From: Stellaceae bacterium
GTDB lineage: Bacteria; Pseudomonadota; Alphaproteobacteria; ATCC43930; CGMCC-115725
Direction of reading: 5' to 3'
Length of the DNA stretch: 64,000 nt
Assembly: GCA_036500965.1 (NCBI GenBank)
Contig: DASYBC010000155.1
Span: forward strand, 1,230 to 65,229
Position numbers and translations under genes: made by a program. The notes below the pieces were generated by a model. That model saw nothing but the letters and a program-made list of their open reading frames with translations, did no database searches and was not told where the DNA came from. Shown here in pieces: positions 48,333 to 58,108 of the stretch; the first letter of the stretch is position 1; each line of letters begins with the position of its first letter.

Positions 48333-48633
48333 TTCGGGCAAGTCAGGTGTCCGATGCCTATCCGCTGCAAACCAGGCCGCCTATCTGTTCTCTTGATGCC
48401 GCGCTCCCAGCGTCATCGTGCTAAGCCATTGTCTCCGCGCTGATGTAAAAGCGGAGTTTCTCGACGATGCTGCGCTCGATAGCGCTGACATACTGATCCA
48501 GGATGCCAGCAACACGGGGCGCGAACGGCGCGCCGGGCGCGGCTACACGGGAATTACCCATTGGCCCGGCGGCGGTGACGCCAAAGGCACAGATGATGAG
48601 CAGAAAGGATAGCGGTTAGGATGGGTTGTCAGC

Positions 48634-48707
48634 TGGAGGCCGGAAGCGGAATCGAACCGCTGTACGAGGATTTGCAGTCCTCTGCATAGCCACTCTGCCA
48701 TCCGGCC
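48634..48707 (-). tRNA. tRNA-Cys (GCA)
   Basis: Reverse complement GGCCGGATGGCAGAGTGGCTATGCAGAGGACTGCAAATCCTCGTACAGCGGTTCGATTCCGCTTCCGGCCTCCA. Cloverleaf with anticodon loop CTGCAAA, T-loop GGTTCGATTCC and encoded CCA. Confidence 0.9.
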
Positions 48708-48805
48708 GGTGCGCCGTCATATAGGCGCGCGCGGCGCAGAGGGTCAAGCGCGGGGCCGCGCAAAAGAGGGTTATCGGGCGCGTTCGCCGGCGAGCCGTCC
48801 CGCCC

Positions 48806-49484
48806 GCGGGTAGTGTCCTAATTTGGCCCAGCGCCGCCCATGGTCGCCGTAAAGGTTAATACCAAAGATAACCATTCGCGTTTCTGGCCGCTCTTGACTC
48901 GCGTTGCCCAGGGATAACAGGATGCAGCATCATGTTTACCCTTCCTTACCATAACCCACCTCAAAATGCCTTAGTCAGAGGCTATGTGTTTGATGCGGTG
49001 GAACGCGGGGGAGGCGCAGGGCAGATGAACAACGCTGAAGCCGAAGACCTCTATGAGATGGCTAACCTCCATCCGAGGCACACCGGACTACCGATGGTGA
49101 TCTGGGTATCGGAGCGCGGAAACGCGCAACATGATATCCGCATCAAGGTGAGCATGGATCACGCCCCCCGGATCAACATTCACAATACGGCAGCTGTTGG
49201 CGTTCGTCCTCCGGGTGTTATTGCGGGATTTCTAAGGAGCGCCGATCAGCAGTTGGTCTTTCGATGGATCAAGCTTAATGAAGCAACTTTGGTCGATTAC
49301 TGGAACGGCACCATTGATACGGTGGAGCTTGTCCAACAACTTAAGGCGTTACCAATTCCGTAACACTCGGAGATTTCTCAATTAATTTGTTGTGCGCTCG
49401 CCGCAGCGATACACCTGATCATGGAATTGCGGCAGCGAACCGGCGCGCACTAGCCAAGACCAACCAAATTAGGACACTACCCGC
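48806..49484. repeat. 679-bp cassette bounded by perfect 21-bp terminal inverted repeats
   Basis: GCGGGTAGTGTCCTAATTTGG at 48806-48826, with its exact reverse complement at 49464-49484. The interior is visibly lower in GC and holds one ORF. Confidence 0.6.
48932..49363 (+). CDS. hypothetical protein (143 aa, or ~112 aa from the internal Met) inside the TIR cassette
   Basis: Only substantial ORF in the low-GC cassette. GLPMVIWVSERGNAQHDIRIKVS ... LVFRWIKLNEATLVDYWNG. Layout is faintly reminiscent of DUF4160-type small proteins but is not confidently assigned. Confidence 0.45.
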   Translation: MFTLPYHNPPQNALVRGYVFDAVERGGGAGQMNNAEAEDLYEMANLHPRHTGLPMVIWVSERGNAQHDIRIKVSMDHAPRINIHNTAAVGVRPPGVIAGFLRSADQQLVFRWIKLNEATLVDYWNGTIDTVELVQQLKALPIP

Positions 49485-49558
49485 CCGCGCCCGCTGTTGC
49501 CGCTTGCCGCCCGCCCCCATATACTCAGCAGCTTCAAGGTATCGCCGCGAGGGTGCAG

Positions 49559-50164
49559 ATGGCGCGTGTCACTGTCGAGGATTGTGTGCTCAAGGTCCCC
49601 AACCGGTTCGAGCTGGTGCTGCTGGCCGCCCAGCGCGCGCGGGAGATTTCCTCGGGGGTGCCGCTGTCGATCGATCGCGACGACGACAAGAACCCGGTCG
49701 TGGCGCTGCGCGAGATTGCCGATGAGACCGTGGGGTTGCCGCATCTCAAGGAATCGCTGGTGCGCGGCATGCAGAAGCAGGTCGAGATCGACGAGCCTGA
49801 GGAGACGACCGAGATCGAGGTCGACCCGAGCATGTTCGCGGTGACCTCGGCGGCACCGGCCCTGCTCGACGACGACGGCGAGGCCGACGCGTCGGAGTTT
49901 GACGAGTTCGACGACGAGGATGAGGACGAGGTTAAGGACGAGGAGGGGGCGGCGTCCGAGCCGGTGTTCGCCGCCGACGAGGAGGCCCTGGCCGAAGAGC
50001 TCGCCGAGGACGATCTCGCGGTCGAGGACGATCTCGCGGTCGAGGGCGATCTCGCTGGGGCGGGCGCGGAGGAGGGCGATCTCGGCGATATCGCCGGGGA
50101 CGGCACCACCGGCGCCGAAATCGCCGGCGACGACTTGCCCGGCGACGACGACGAGGAGCTTTGA
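49559..50164 (+). CDS. rpoZ: DNA-directed RNA polymerase subunit omega with a long acidic C-terminal extension
   Basis: [30 protein letters not shown] is the canonical RpoZ N-terminus. About 130 further residues are Asp/Glu-rich. Confidence 0.85.
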   Translation: MARVTVEDCVLKVPNRFELVLLAAQRAREISSGVPLSIDRDDDKNPVVALREIADETVGLPHLKESLVRGMQKQVEIDEPEETTEIEVDPSMFAVTSAAPALLDDDGEADASEFDEFDDEDEDEVKDEEGAASEPVFAADEEALAEELAEDDLAVEDDLAVEGDLAGAGAEEGDLGDIAGDGTTGAEIAGDDLPGDDDEEL

Positions 50165-50277
50165 TCGCCCGCTTTGCGCCACATTCGGCCGCTGGGGCCG
50201 AGAATGATCGCGGCGACGCCGCCGCAGCCGCCCGGCCTGGGACTTCGGCGCGCCGGCAAGACGGCGAGGCTCGCGTC

Positions 50278-52416
50278 ATGATGCGGCAATTCGAGCTGGT
50301 CGAGCTCGTCCGAGCTTACGACCCGAACGCCGACGAAGACGCGCTCAACCGCGCCTATGTCTATTCGATGAAGGCGCATGGCGCGCAGCTGCGGGCCTCG
50401 GGCGACCCCTATTTCTCCCATCCGGTCGAGGTCGCCGGCATCCTCGCCCAGATGAAGCTCGACAGCGCCTCGATCGTGACCGGCCTCTTGCACGATACGG
50501 TCGAGGACACCGTCGCCACCCTAGACGATGTCGAACGCGTGTTCGGCCCCGAAATCGCCCGGCTGGTCGACGGCGTGACCAAGCTGTCGCGGATCGAGCT
50601 GCAATCCGATCAGACCAAGCAGGCGGAGAATTTTCGCAAGCTGGTGCTGGCGATGTCGGAGGACATCCGCGTCCTCCTGGTCAAGCTCGCCGACCGCCTG
50701 CACAACATGCAAACCCTGCATTTCATCAAGAGCGACGACAAGCGCCGGCGGATCGCGCGCGAGACGATGGACATCTACGCGCCGCTCGCCGAACGGCTCG
50801 GCATGCACCGCATGAAGGACCAGCTCGAGGATCTGGCGTTCGCCGAGCTGTATCCCGATGCCCGCGCCAGCATACTCGCCCGGCTCGATTTTCTGCGCGA
50901 CAGGGGCGCCACCATGGTGCCGCGCATCGAGGCCGAGCTGCAGCGCAAGCTCGCCGAAGGCGGGCTCGCCGGGACGGTCATCACCGGCCGCGAGAAATCA
51001 CCCTATTCGATCTGGCGCAAGATGCAGCGCAAGAACATCGCCTTCGAGCAGCTGTCGGACGTCATGGCGTTCCGCGTGCTGGTCGGCGACATCGGCCAAT
51101 GCTATCACGCACTCGGCCTGATCCACTCGGCATACCATGTGGTTCCCGGCCGCTTCAAAGACTACATCTCGACGCCGAAGCCGAACAATTACCGCTCGCT
51201 GCACACCGGGATCATCGGCCCCGAGCAGCAGCGCATCGAGGCCCAGATTCGGACCCGCGAGATGCACGAGGTCGCCGAATACGGCGTCGCCGCGCATTGG
51301 ACCTACAAGCAGGACGCCGGCAAGACCGAAGGCCCGCAATACCGCTGGTTGCGCGAGCTGCTCGACATCCTCGATCATGCCTCGGGACCGGAGGAGTTTC
51401 TCGAGCACACCAAGCTTGAGATGTTTCAGGACCAGGTCTTCGCCTTTACCCCAAAGGGCGATCTGATTGCCCTGCCGCGCGGCGCCACCGCGGTCGATTT
51501 TGCCTATGCGGTCCATTCCGAGATCGGCGACACCTGCGTCGGCGCCAAGATCAACGGCCGGCTGGTGCCGCTGCGCAGCCAGCTCGGCAACGGCGACCAG
51601 GTCGAGATCGTCACCTCGAAGGCGCAGCGGCCGTCGCCGACCTGGGAACGCTTTGTCGTCACCGGCAAGGCGCGCGCCCGCATCCGCCGCTTTGTCCGCA
51701 CCCAGCAGCGCGCCCAATACCTCGACCTCGGCAAGGCGATCGTGCAAAAGGCGTTTCGCCAGGAAGGCCGCGAATTTTCCGAACGGCCGCTCGAAGGGGT
51801 GCTGAAGACCTTCAACTGCGCCACCGTCGAGGATCTCTACGTCGCGGTCGGGCAGGGGCTGACCACCGGGCGCGCGGTGATCAACGCCGCCTTTCCGCAG
51901 CAGCAGGAAGCCAAGGCCAAGGTCGTCTCGTTGGCCCGTGCCCGGCGCAAGATCGGGCACAACGACACCGCGGTGGCGATCCGCGGGCTGATCCCGGGCA
52001 TGGCATTGCATTTCGCCGGCTGCTGCCATCCGCTGCCCGGCGACCGGATCGTCGGCATCGTGACCACCGGAAAAGGGGTGACGATCCACACGATCGATTG
52101 CGAGACTTTGGAAAACTTCGCCGACACGCCGGAGCGCTGGCTCGACGTCGCCTGGAGCAGCAGCGAGGCCGATGCCATCCATGTCGGCCGGCTCAACGTC
52201 ATGATCGCCAACGAGCCCGGCAATCTCGGCAGCTTGACGACGGTGATCGGCAAGCAGGGCGGCAACATCAGCAATCTGAAGATCACCAACCGCTCGTCGG
52301 ATTTCTTCGAGATCATGCTCGACATCGAGGTGGCCGACGTAAAGCATCTGACGACGATCGTCGCCGCCTTGCGCGCGAACCCGGTCATCAACTCGGTCGA
52401 GCGCGCGCGGGGGTGA
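50278..52416 (+). CDS. spoT: bifunctional (p)ppGpp synthetase/hydrolase (RelA/SpoT homolog)
   Basis: HD domain (YFSHPVEVAGIL, LLHDTVEDT), synthetase (YRSLHT), TGS and ACT regions. Start set to the ATG at 50278. Confidence 0.9.
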   Translation: MMRQFELVELVRAYDPNADEDALNRAYVYSMKAHGAQLRASGDPYFSHPVEVAGILAQMKLDSASIVTGLLHDTVEDTVATLDDVERVFGPEIARLVDGVTKLSRIELQSDQTKQAENFRKLVLAMSEDIRVLLVKLADRLHNMQTLHFIKSDDKRRRIARETMDIYAPLAERLGMHRMKDQLEDLAFAELYPDARASILARLDFLRDRGATMVPRIEAELQRKLAEGGLAGTVITGREKSPYSIWRKMQRKNIAFEQLSDVMAFRVLVGDIGQCYHALGLIHSAYHVVPGRFKDYISTPKPNNYRSLHTGIIGPEQQRIEAQIRTREMHEVAEYGVAAHWTYKQDAGKTEGPQYRWLRELLDILDHASGPEEFLEHTKLEMFQDQVFAFTPKGDLIALPRGATAVDFAYAVHSEIGDTCVGAKINGRLVPLRSQLGNGDQVEIVTSKAQRPSPTWERFVVTGKARARIRRFVRTQQRAQYLDLGKAIVQKAFRQEGREFSERPLEGVLKTFNCATVEDLYVAVGQGLTTGRAVINAAFPQQQEAKAKVVSLARARRKIGHNDTAVAIRGLIPGMALHFAGCCHPLPGDRIVGIVTTGKGVTIHTIDCETLENFADTPERWLDVAWSSSEADAIHVGRLNVMIANEPGNLGSLTTVIGKQGGNISNLKITNRSSDFFEIMLDIEVADVKHLTTIVAALRANPVINSVERARG

Positions 52417-52599
52417 AGGCCCGACGGCGCCGGTCGACGCCGATCGAGCCGGTACGCGTCAGCGCCGCCGCCACTTCGGTCGTGATCTGCTCAACCTGCC
52501 GGCTGATGGCGTTTGCGCGGTCGATCGGCTGGAGCGCGCTTGACTCGGCACGGCGTGCTTGGCTTGATCGGCGACCATTCGGGCAGGGCCGGGCATGTC

Positions 52600-53370
52600 A
52601 TGAAATCTAATTCCGCACGCAAGGTCATAACCAAAAGAAGCTCGCGGGGGGGTGTGGTCGAGACGATAAAAACGGTCGTATATGCGGTCCTGATCGCTCT
52701 GGTCGTGCGCACAGTGGCCTATGAACCGTTCAATATTCCGTCGGGGTCGATGATACCGACCCTCCTGGTCGGCGATTACCTATTTGTTTCGAAATTTTCT
52801 TACGGGTACAGCCGGTTTTCACTACCGTTCGGATTGCCGCTATTCTCGGGGCGAATTTTCTTTCACCCGCCCGAGCGCGGCGACGTCGTGGTCTTCAAAT
52901 TGCCGACCGACGAAATGACGGACTACATCAAGCGGGTCATCGGCTTGCCCGGCGACACGGTGCAGATGAAACAGGGCGAGCTTTACCTGAACGGCAACGA
53001 GGTGCCGCGCAAGCGCATCGAGGATTATCTTTACCAGGAAGGCGACGGCGCGGTCATCCCGATGCAGCAATATATCGAATACCTGCCGAATGGCCGCAGT
53101 CACCCGATCATCAAGATTGGCGACAATGGGCCTCTCGACAACACTCAGGTCTATCATGTGCCGCCCGGCGACTATTTCATGATGGGCGACAACCGCGACA
53201 ATTCGGAAGACAGCCGCGTGCTGTCGGCGGTCGGCTACGTGCCGGCGGAGAACCTGATCGGCAAGGCGCAATTCATCTTTTTCTCGACCAACGGGTCGGC
53301 GCGCCTCTGGGAATTCTGGAAATGGCCGTTTGCGATCCGCTACAACCGACTGTTTACCGGGATCGATTAG
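52600..53370 (+). CDS. lepB: signal peptidase I
   Basis: IPSGSMIPTLLVGDYLFVSK, DVVVFK, KRVIGLPGD, MMGDNRDNSEDSR. Confidence 0.9.
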   Translation: MKSNSARKVITKRSSRGGVVETIKTVVYAVLIALVVRTVAYEPFNIPSGSMIPTLLVGDYLFVSKFSYGYSRFSLPFGLPLFSGRIFFHPPERGDVVVFKLPTDEMTDYIKRVIGLPGDTVQMKQGELYLNGNEVPRKRIEDYLYQEGDGAVIPMQQYIEYLPNGRSHPIIKIGDNGPLDNTQVYHVPPGDYFMMGDNRDNSEDSRVLSAVGYVPAENLIGKAQFIFFSTNGSARLWEFWKWPFAIRYNRLFTGID

Positions 53371-53372
53371 CG

Positions 53373-54143
53373 GTGGACGGCGACGGGACAGGCGCGGCCG
53401 GGCTGGCCGGGGGTCCGCTCGCCGCGATCGAGGAGCGGAAGCCTCGCGACGATTTCGCGCAGAGGCTGGGACATGATTTTGCCCGGCCCGAGCTGTTGGC
53501 CGAGGCGCTGACGCACCCGAGCGCCTTGGTTCCGGAACGGCAGCGCGGCCGTCGCCGAAAGCCGGCGCGGCGGGGCTATGACCGGCTCGAATTCCTCGGC
53601 GACCGGGTGCTCGGGCTGGTGATCGCCGATCTCTTGTGGCGGCGCTTTGCGGACGAGCCCGAGGGGCTCTTAACCCGGCGGCTGACCCAGCTGGTGCGCC
53701 GCGAGACCCTGGCGCGGATCGCGCTCAGCATCGGGCTCGGCGGCCATCTGGTGCTGTCGCGCGCCGAGGCGGCGGCCGGTGCGGCAGCTAATCCCGGCAT
53801 CCTCGCCGATGCCTGCGAGGCGGTGATCGCGGCGATCTATCTCGACGGCGGCTTTGCCGCGGCGACACGGTTTATCCATCGACTATGGGAGCCGCTGATC
53901 GCCGAAGCGCCGGCGCCGCCGCGCGACCCGAAGACGGCCTTGCAGGAATGGGCGCAGGCGCGCGGCCTCGGTTTGCCCGCCTACGAGCTGGTCGCAGCCA
54001 GCGGCCCCGATCATGCGTTGCTGTTCACGGTGATGGCGAGCGTGGCCGGTGCAGACGGCGCTATCGGGACCGCGTCGTCGAAACGCGCGGCCGAAGCCGC
54101 CGCGGCAACGGCGCTGCTCGCTCGCCTCGCCGCCGAGGCGTAG
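53373..54143 (+). CDS. rnc: ribonuclease III
   Basis: ELLAEALTHPS, DRLEFLGDRVLGLVIADLL signature and a C-terminal dsRBD (DPKTALQEWAQARGL). GTG start 2 nt after the lepB stop is proposed. Confidence 0.85.
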   Translation: MDGDGTGAAGLAGGPLAAIEERKPRDDFAQRLGHDFARPELLAEALTHPSALVPERQRGRRRKPARRGYDRLEFLGDRVLGLVIADLLWRRFADEPEGLLTRRLTQLVRRETLARIALSIGLGGHLVLSRAEAAAGAAANPGILADACEAVIAAIYLDGGFAAATRFIHRLWEPLIAEAPAPPRDPKTALQEWAQARGLGLPAYELVAASGPDHALLFTVMASVAGADGAIGTASSKRAAEAAAATALLARLAAEA

Positions 54144-54220
54144 CCGGGCGAACGGCGGGAGGCCCGGACCGCCGGCTCGGTCAGTAGGGTGCTCGCCGAT
54201 CCGCTTGTTAAATCCTCTGT

Positions 54221-56182
54221 TTAATGGACGTGGCCGGCATGGCTCGCGGCCGCCGCCGGAAATCGGGCGACCCGAGCGGCGTCGGCGACGAGGGTTGTGG
54301 CGGTGGGCAGACTGCCGGGCCCGCCCTGGGTCCAGCGGGCGCGCGGGTCGCCGCTGCGGTCGAGCAACAGCAACGTCTCGCCGCCATCCTCGGGGCTGCG
54401 GAACAGCGCCAGGCTCGCTGCCACCTCGGCGGAGACGCCGGCCAGCGTTGAGGCTGTCTCGGCCTCGCCCGGCCTTGGCCGGGGGCCGAGATCGACGGCG
54501 ACGATGCGCAGCGCGGTTCCGAGCTGTTCGCGCATCGCCGCGAGCTGCGCCAGGCGCGCTGCCGCCGGAGGCTGGGAAAACAGGACGAGCAGCACCGGCC
54601 CGGCGGCCAGCACGCGGCTCAAGGTCTGCTGGGCACCAGCTGATTCAAAAGCGAAATCGGGGATCGGGGCGGTGGCGGCGCTCGAGACCTGCGGCCCGAG
54701 CCGGCGCGACAGCACGCCGGCGGCGCGGGCGCGGACAAAGTTGATCACATCCCAGCGCTCGGCCGGGCTCATCACCGCGGCAAAACCGGGCATGACGCCG
54801 TCGTCGCGGCCGTGGCTGACCCACCAGAAGAGGTCGCCCGGGGTGTGCGCGAACAGATGCGGCGCGGTCAGATCGGCCGGGCGCACCGTCAGCCCGGCGG
54901 CGGCGGGGCCATCGCCCTTGCCGTTGGCGCCGTGGCACAGAGCGCAGTCCGCCGTGTATAGATGCGCCCCATGCTCAACCGAGGCGGCGGCATAGGGTTC
55001 GGCCGGGGCGGAGAAGCTGGTCGGGTAGGCGGGCTCGAGCGCCGGCCGCAACGCGATCCAGCCGAGAGCGAGGCACAGGGCGAGGCTAGCCCAGGCGACT
55101 GTCATGCGGCGGTACCGCCCGGCGGCGGCGGTGGCCACCGCCGCAACGAGGCTCGCCGCGGCGAGCGCGGCGAGAACCGCCAGCAAGATTTTGGACGGAC
55201 CCGCGAGCGCGCCCAATTCGAAGCGGAACGGCAACGGCCAGCCGGGCTCGGTGTGCAACCCCGGCGGAAGAATGCCGAGGAGGCCGACGATGGCGAGGAC
55301 GATCAGACCGAGCACCGCCTCGCCCACGGCATTGCGCCGCAGATGCTCGACCGCCGCTGTCCACAGGTTCGGCGGCCTGCCTCCGGCAACCGGGGCGAGA
55401 CGCGGCGCCATCCGCAGCAGATTGACCGCGCCGATCGTCACCATCGTTGCGAAGATCGCGACCTTGGCCAGCAAGAGCCGGCCATAGAGGGTGCCGAGCA
55501 AGGCCGGGACAGTGCCGGCGAGAAACCAAGTGTTGACCAGACCGGCGGCAAACAGGACGGCGACGCTCGCTGCCGCCAGCAGCGAAAAGCGCCGCACCGC
55601 GCGGCGCGCCAGCACCGCCTGGCCGGGATCGCCGACCCTTCTTGTCTCGGCCAGCAGCAGCGCTAGCGGGATCAGCGAGCCGAGCCAGGCGCCGGCGGCG
55701 AGCAGGTGGAGGATGTCGGCGGCAAGGTGCAGTTCACCTGGCCGGCCCGGCGTGGCGCCGCCGTGCCCTGCCCAGGCGAGGGTCCCGAGGATGGCGGCGG
55801 CAAATGCGAGCCCGCCCCAGCGCCACGACCACCCTCGCCAGCGCTGCGGCATCAGCAGCAGCGCCGCGAGGACCGCGGCGAGAACGGATCGCCAGACCCA
55901 GACGTAGCCGAACCGCGTGCCGGTCAGCACGGTTGCGACGACGCCTTGGGCCAGCGCGGCAGCAACCGGCTGGCCGCTCATTTGCGCTGAAACCGCTAGC
56001 AGCCATGCACCGCCCGAGAATAGCGCCAGCACCAGGCTCGCCCAGGCGACCAGCCATAACTGCCGGCGCAGCCTCGGCGAGGCCGCCGGCCTGGCGACCA
56101 CACAGAGGAAGGCGAAGAGTCCGGCCAACGATATCGTCGAGGCATAGTGAATCGCCCGCGCCGCGATCAGGATGACCTCCAT
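54221..56182 (-). CDS. copD: CopD-family copper-resistance membrane protein fused to a cytochrome c domain and a thioredoxin-fold-like C-terminus
   Basis: The multi-TM N-terminal half is CopD-like. CALCHGANG heme-binding CxxCH. The C-terminal ~170 aa are soluble and end in HAGHVH. Confidence 0.7.
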   Translation of the reverse strand: MEVILIAARAIHYASTISLAGLFAFLCVVARPAASPRLRRQLWLVAWASLVLALFSGGAWLLAVSAQMSGQPVAAALAQGVVATVLTGTRFGYVWVWRSVLAAVLAALLLMPQRWRGWSWRWGGLAFAAAILGTLAWAGHGGATPGRPGELHLAADILHLLAAGAWLGSLIPLALLLAETRRVGDPGQAVLARRAVRRFSLLAAASVAVLFAAGLVNTWFLAGTVPALLGTLYGRLLLAKVAIFATMVTIGAVNLLRMAPRLAPVAGGRPPNLWTAAVEHLRRNAVGEAVLGLIVLAIVGLLGILPPGLHTEPGWPLPFRFELGALAGPSKILLAVLAALAAASLVAAVATAAAGRYRRMTVAWASLALCLALGWIALRPALEPAYPTSFSAPAEPYAAASVEHGAHLYTADCALCHGANGKGDGPAAAGLTVRPADLTAPHLFAHTPGDLFWWVSHGRDDGVMPGFAAVMSPAERWDVINFVRARAAGVLSRRLGPQVSSAATAPIPDFAFESAGAQQTLSRVLAAGPVLLVLFSQPPAAARLAQLAAMREQLGTALRIVAVDLGPRPRPGEAETASTLAGVSAEVAASLALFRSPEDGGETLLLLDRSGDPRARWTQGGPGSLPTATTLVADAARVARFPAAAASHAGHVH

Positions 56183-56225
56183 CGCGCCTTGCCCCCATTC
56201 GCTTCCTGCTACCAAACCGAGCCGC

Positions 56226-56603
56226 TCATCCGCCGCCGACCTCGAAGATGAAGTGACCCTGCGTCGTATGGGTGTCGACGGAGAGGGCGTGCCATGTCAC
56301 GGTGTAGGTGCCCGGCGGCAACGGCTTGAGCCGAACCTGCAGCTCGGTTGGGTCTTTCGGGTCCACTTGAGCAGGCCCCGTATCGACGGGACTGCCCGAT
56401 TTGTCGGTCACCGTCGCCGTGGTGAAGGCCGGTTCGAGCTGCTGGGTGAACCACATCGTCACCGCCGCGGGCGCCGTCGGCACCGAGCTGCCGACGGCTG
56501 GGCTCGCATGATCGAGAAACGCGTGCGCGTCGGCGGTCGCCGCCTGCAGAGCGACGGCGACGGCGAAGACCGCCCCCGTCGCGAAGATCTGCTGCCTCAC
56601 CAT
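56226..56603 (-). CDS. copC: copper resistance protein CopC
   Basis: Signal peptide, then the mature N-terminus HAFLDHASPAVGSSV typical of CopC. 125 aa. Confidence 0.8.
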   Translation of the reverse strand: MVRQQIFATGAVFAVAVALQAATADAHAFLDHASPAVGSSVPTAPAAVTMWFTQQLEPAFTTATVTDKSGSPVDTGPAQVDPKDPTELQVRLKPLPPGTYTVTWHALSVDTHTTQGHFIFEVGGG

Positions 56604-57511
56604 CGCGAGATCGGCCGGCCGATGCTGTTCGGGAACAGGTCATCGAGATAGAAATGCAGCTGCACGACGCCGCCGATCCCATGCCCCGACAGGCTGTTGG
56701 TCGCGATGATCATCTCGGCGCCGACCTGAAAGTACTGTCCTGCCCAGATCACCCCGGGCTGCACCGTCCCGGTCGTCGTCCCGCCGTAGCCGCGGTTGTA
56801 CGGGCTCGTCAGCGCGAACTCGACCAGCGGGATCAGTCGGTTGAACGGCGGCCCCAGGCCCACGTCGCGGACTTCTTCTTGCAGATAGGGAATGCTGTAT
56901 TCGACCGCGAAGCCGTAAAAGACGTCGTCCGGGTTCTTCACCCCCATGGTTTGGGCCTCGGTGGGAAAGTCGAGGGAAATATTGCCGGTCAACGCGAACG
57001 GGCGCAGCCATGGCAGCGAATCGGGCAGGTCGCCAAACCCTTTGCCAAAATCGAAGGTCGGCGACAGGGTGGTGAACGCGGGAGCCCCGAGGTTCTGTAC
57101 GTTTCCGGTGTTTCCCCAGGTCACGTCGAGCGCGGCGAGCGCCATTGCCTCGTGCTCGGGGTTGATGAACAGCTGGTATTGCGTCCCGGTGGTCAGCGGC
57201 CCAAGGCCGGTTGCCGCCGGCAAGCCCGGCGTCTTCAGATGCTGCCATTGATCGGACAGGGTGAAGTCCCAGCGGGGTGTGATCAGCATCGACAGATCGC
57301 TGCCGATGTCGAGTTCGCGCGACCCGTCGCTTTGGGTCGGGTTGAGAGTGATGGTCGGCAGCGAGGCTTCGTCGGCGACAAACGGGTCGTCGGTCAGGAT
57401 CGTCGCCGGAAAAAACCGGTCGCCGGCAAAGCCATGCGCCATCGCCTCCACGACGGGCAGGCATGCCGCCATCGTCGCAGCCGCGATGCCGCGGCAAATT
57501 ACGCGGTGCAT
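56597..57511 (-). CDS. putative outer-membrane beta-barrel protein (transporter-like)
   Basis: Signal peptide ...VVEAMAHG, alternating beta-strand pattern, C-terminal aromatic residue. Co-oriented with, and overlapping, copC. Confidence 0.5.
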   Translation of the reverse strand: MHRVICRGIAAATMAACLPVVEAMAHGFAGDRFFPATILTDDPFVADEASLPTITLNPTQSDGSRELDIGSDLSMLITPRWDFTLSDQWQHLKTPGLPAATGLGPLTTGTQYQLFINPEHEAMALAALDVTWGNTGNVQNLGAPAFTTLSPTFDFGKGFGDLPDSLPWLRPFALTGNISLDFPTEAQTMGVKNPDDVFYGFAVEYSIPYLQEEVRDVGLGPPFNRLIPLVEFALTSPYNRGYGGTTTGTVQPGVIWAGQYFQVGAEMIIATNSLSGHGIGGVVQLHFYLDDLFPNSIGRPISRW

Positions 57512-57574
57512 ATTCGTGCTCCCCCAAGGATCGCAGATTGCCGGATCGCCGCGATGCGGCTCCGGCGAGTTCGG

Positions 57575-58033
57575 CTATGTGGTCGGGTCAGCCGTTGCGA
57601 TCGGAGGGGCGCGGGAACGGTAGGCCGCCGCCGGCCCCGCTCGCGGCGCGCTCTCGGCGGCCGCCGCGAGCGGGGCCGGCGCGGGAATGCGCAGCGGCGC
57701 CGAGAGCAGGACCAAAGCGGCCGGCGCGAAGCCGGTGAGCGTGCCGATTGCTGCGCAGACGGGGCAGTCGCGGTGGTGTCTGCCGTGGCTGTCGGACGTG
57801 TCGCCGTGATGGCCGTCGCCGTCGCGGTGCCCGATCAGCAGCGCCAGCAGCTGCCGGGTCGGATCGTGATCGGCCGCCTCGGCCCGCGGGGTGACGGTGG
57901 CGAAAGCTTCGGCAAGATCGAAGGCGAGATGGATAGGGACGAGCGCATCGAGGCTGAGCGCGATCACGCCGAGCCATGCGGCGATGACCCCGAGCCTCAG
58001 CCGGTTTGGCCGCCCCTGCCTGGCGCGGCCCAT
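57575..58033 (-). CDS. DUF2946-like membrane protein with a His-rich tract and CPVC motif
   Basis: TM helix, HRDGDGHHGDTSDSHGRHHRDCPVCAA, second TM helix. Heads the copper operon. Confidence 0.55.
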   Translation of the reverse strand: MGRARQGRPNRLRLGVIAAWLGVIALSLDALVPIHLAFDLAEAFATVTPRAEAADHDPTRQLLALLIGHRDGDGHHGDTSDSHGRHHRDCPVCAAIGTLTGFAPAALVLLSAPLRIPAPAPLAAAAESAPRAGPAAAYRSRAPPIATADPTT

Positions 58034-58108
58034 CCCCGGCCTGCGGCAGCGCGGATCGCTAGGCACGCATCCGCCTGGTCGGCTCGGCCGGTCGGCAGCC
58101 GCGCTGGG

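Noticed and set aside
48421-48561. 46-aa minus-strand ORF (MGNSRVAAPG...ILDQYVSAIERSIVEKLRFYISAETMA) between attR and tRNA-Cys.
   Set aside because: The C-terminal half looks protein-like, but there is no convincing RBS. The hydrophobic upstream extension has no ATG/GTG/TTG start. Too weak to call.
38741-48826. The 9-mer GTGTCCTAA is shared between an iteron (38741-38749) and the TIR of the 48.8-kb cassette (48814-48822).
   Set aside because: A single shared 9-mer in 64 kb searched on both strands is expected by chance about half the time. No further similarity exists around it.
54144-54220. Absence of era after rnc, with convergent copD instead.
   Set aside because: Gene-order variation downstream of rnc is common. 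There are no remnants or scars of era in the spacer.
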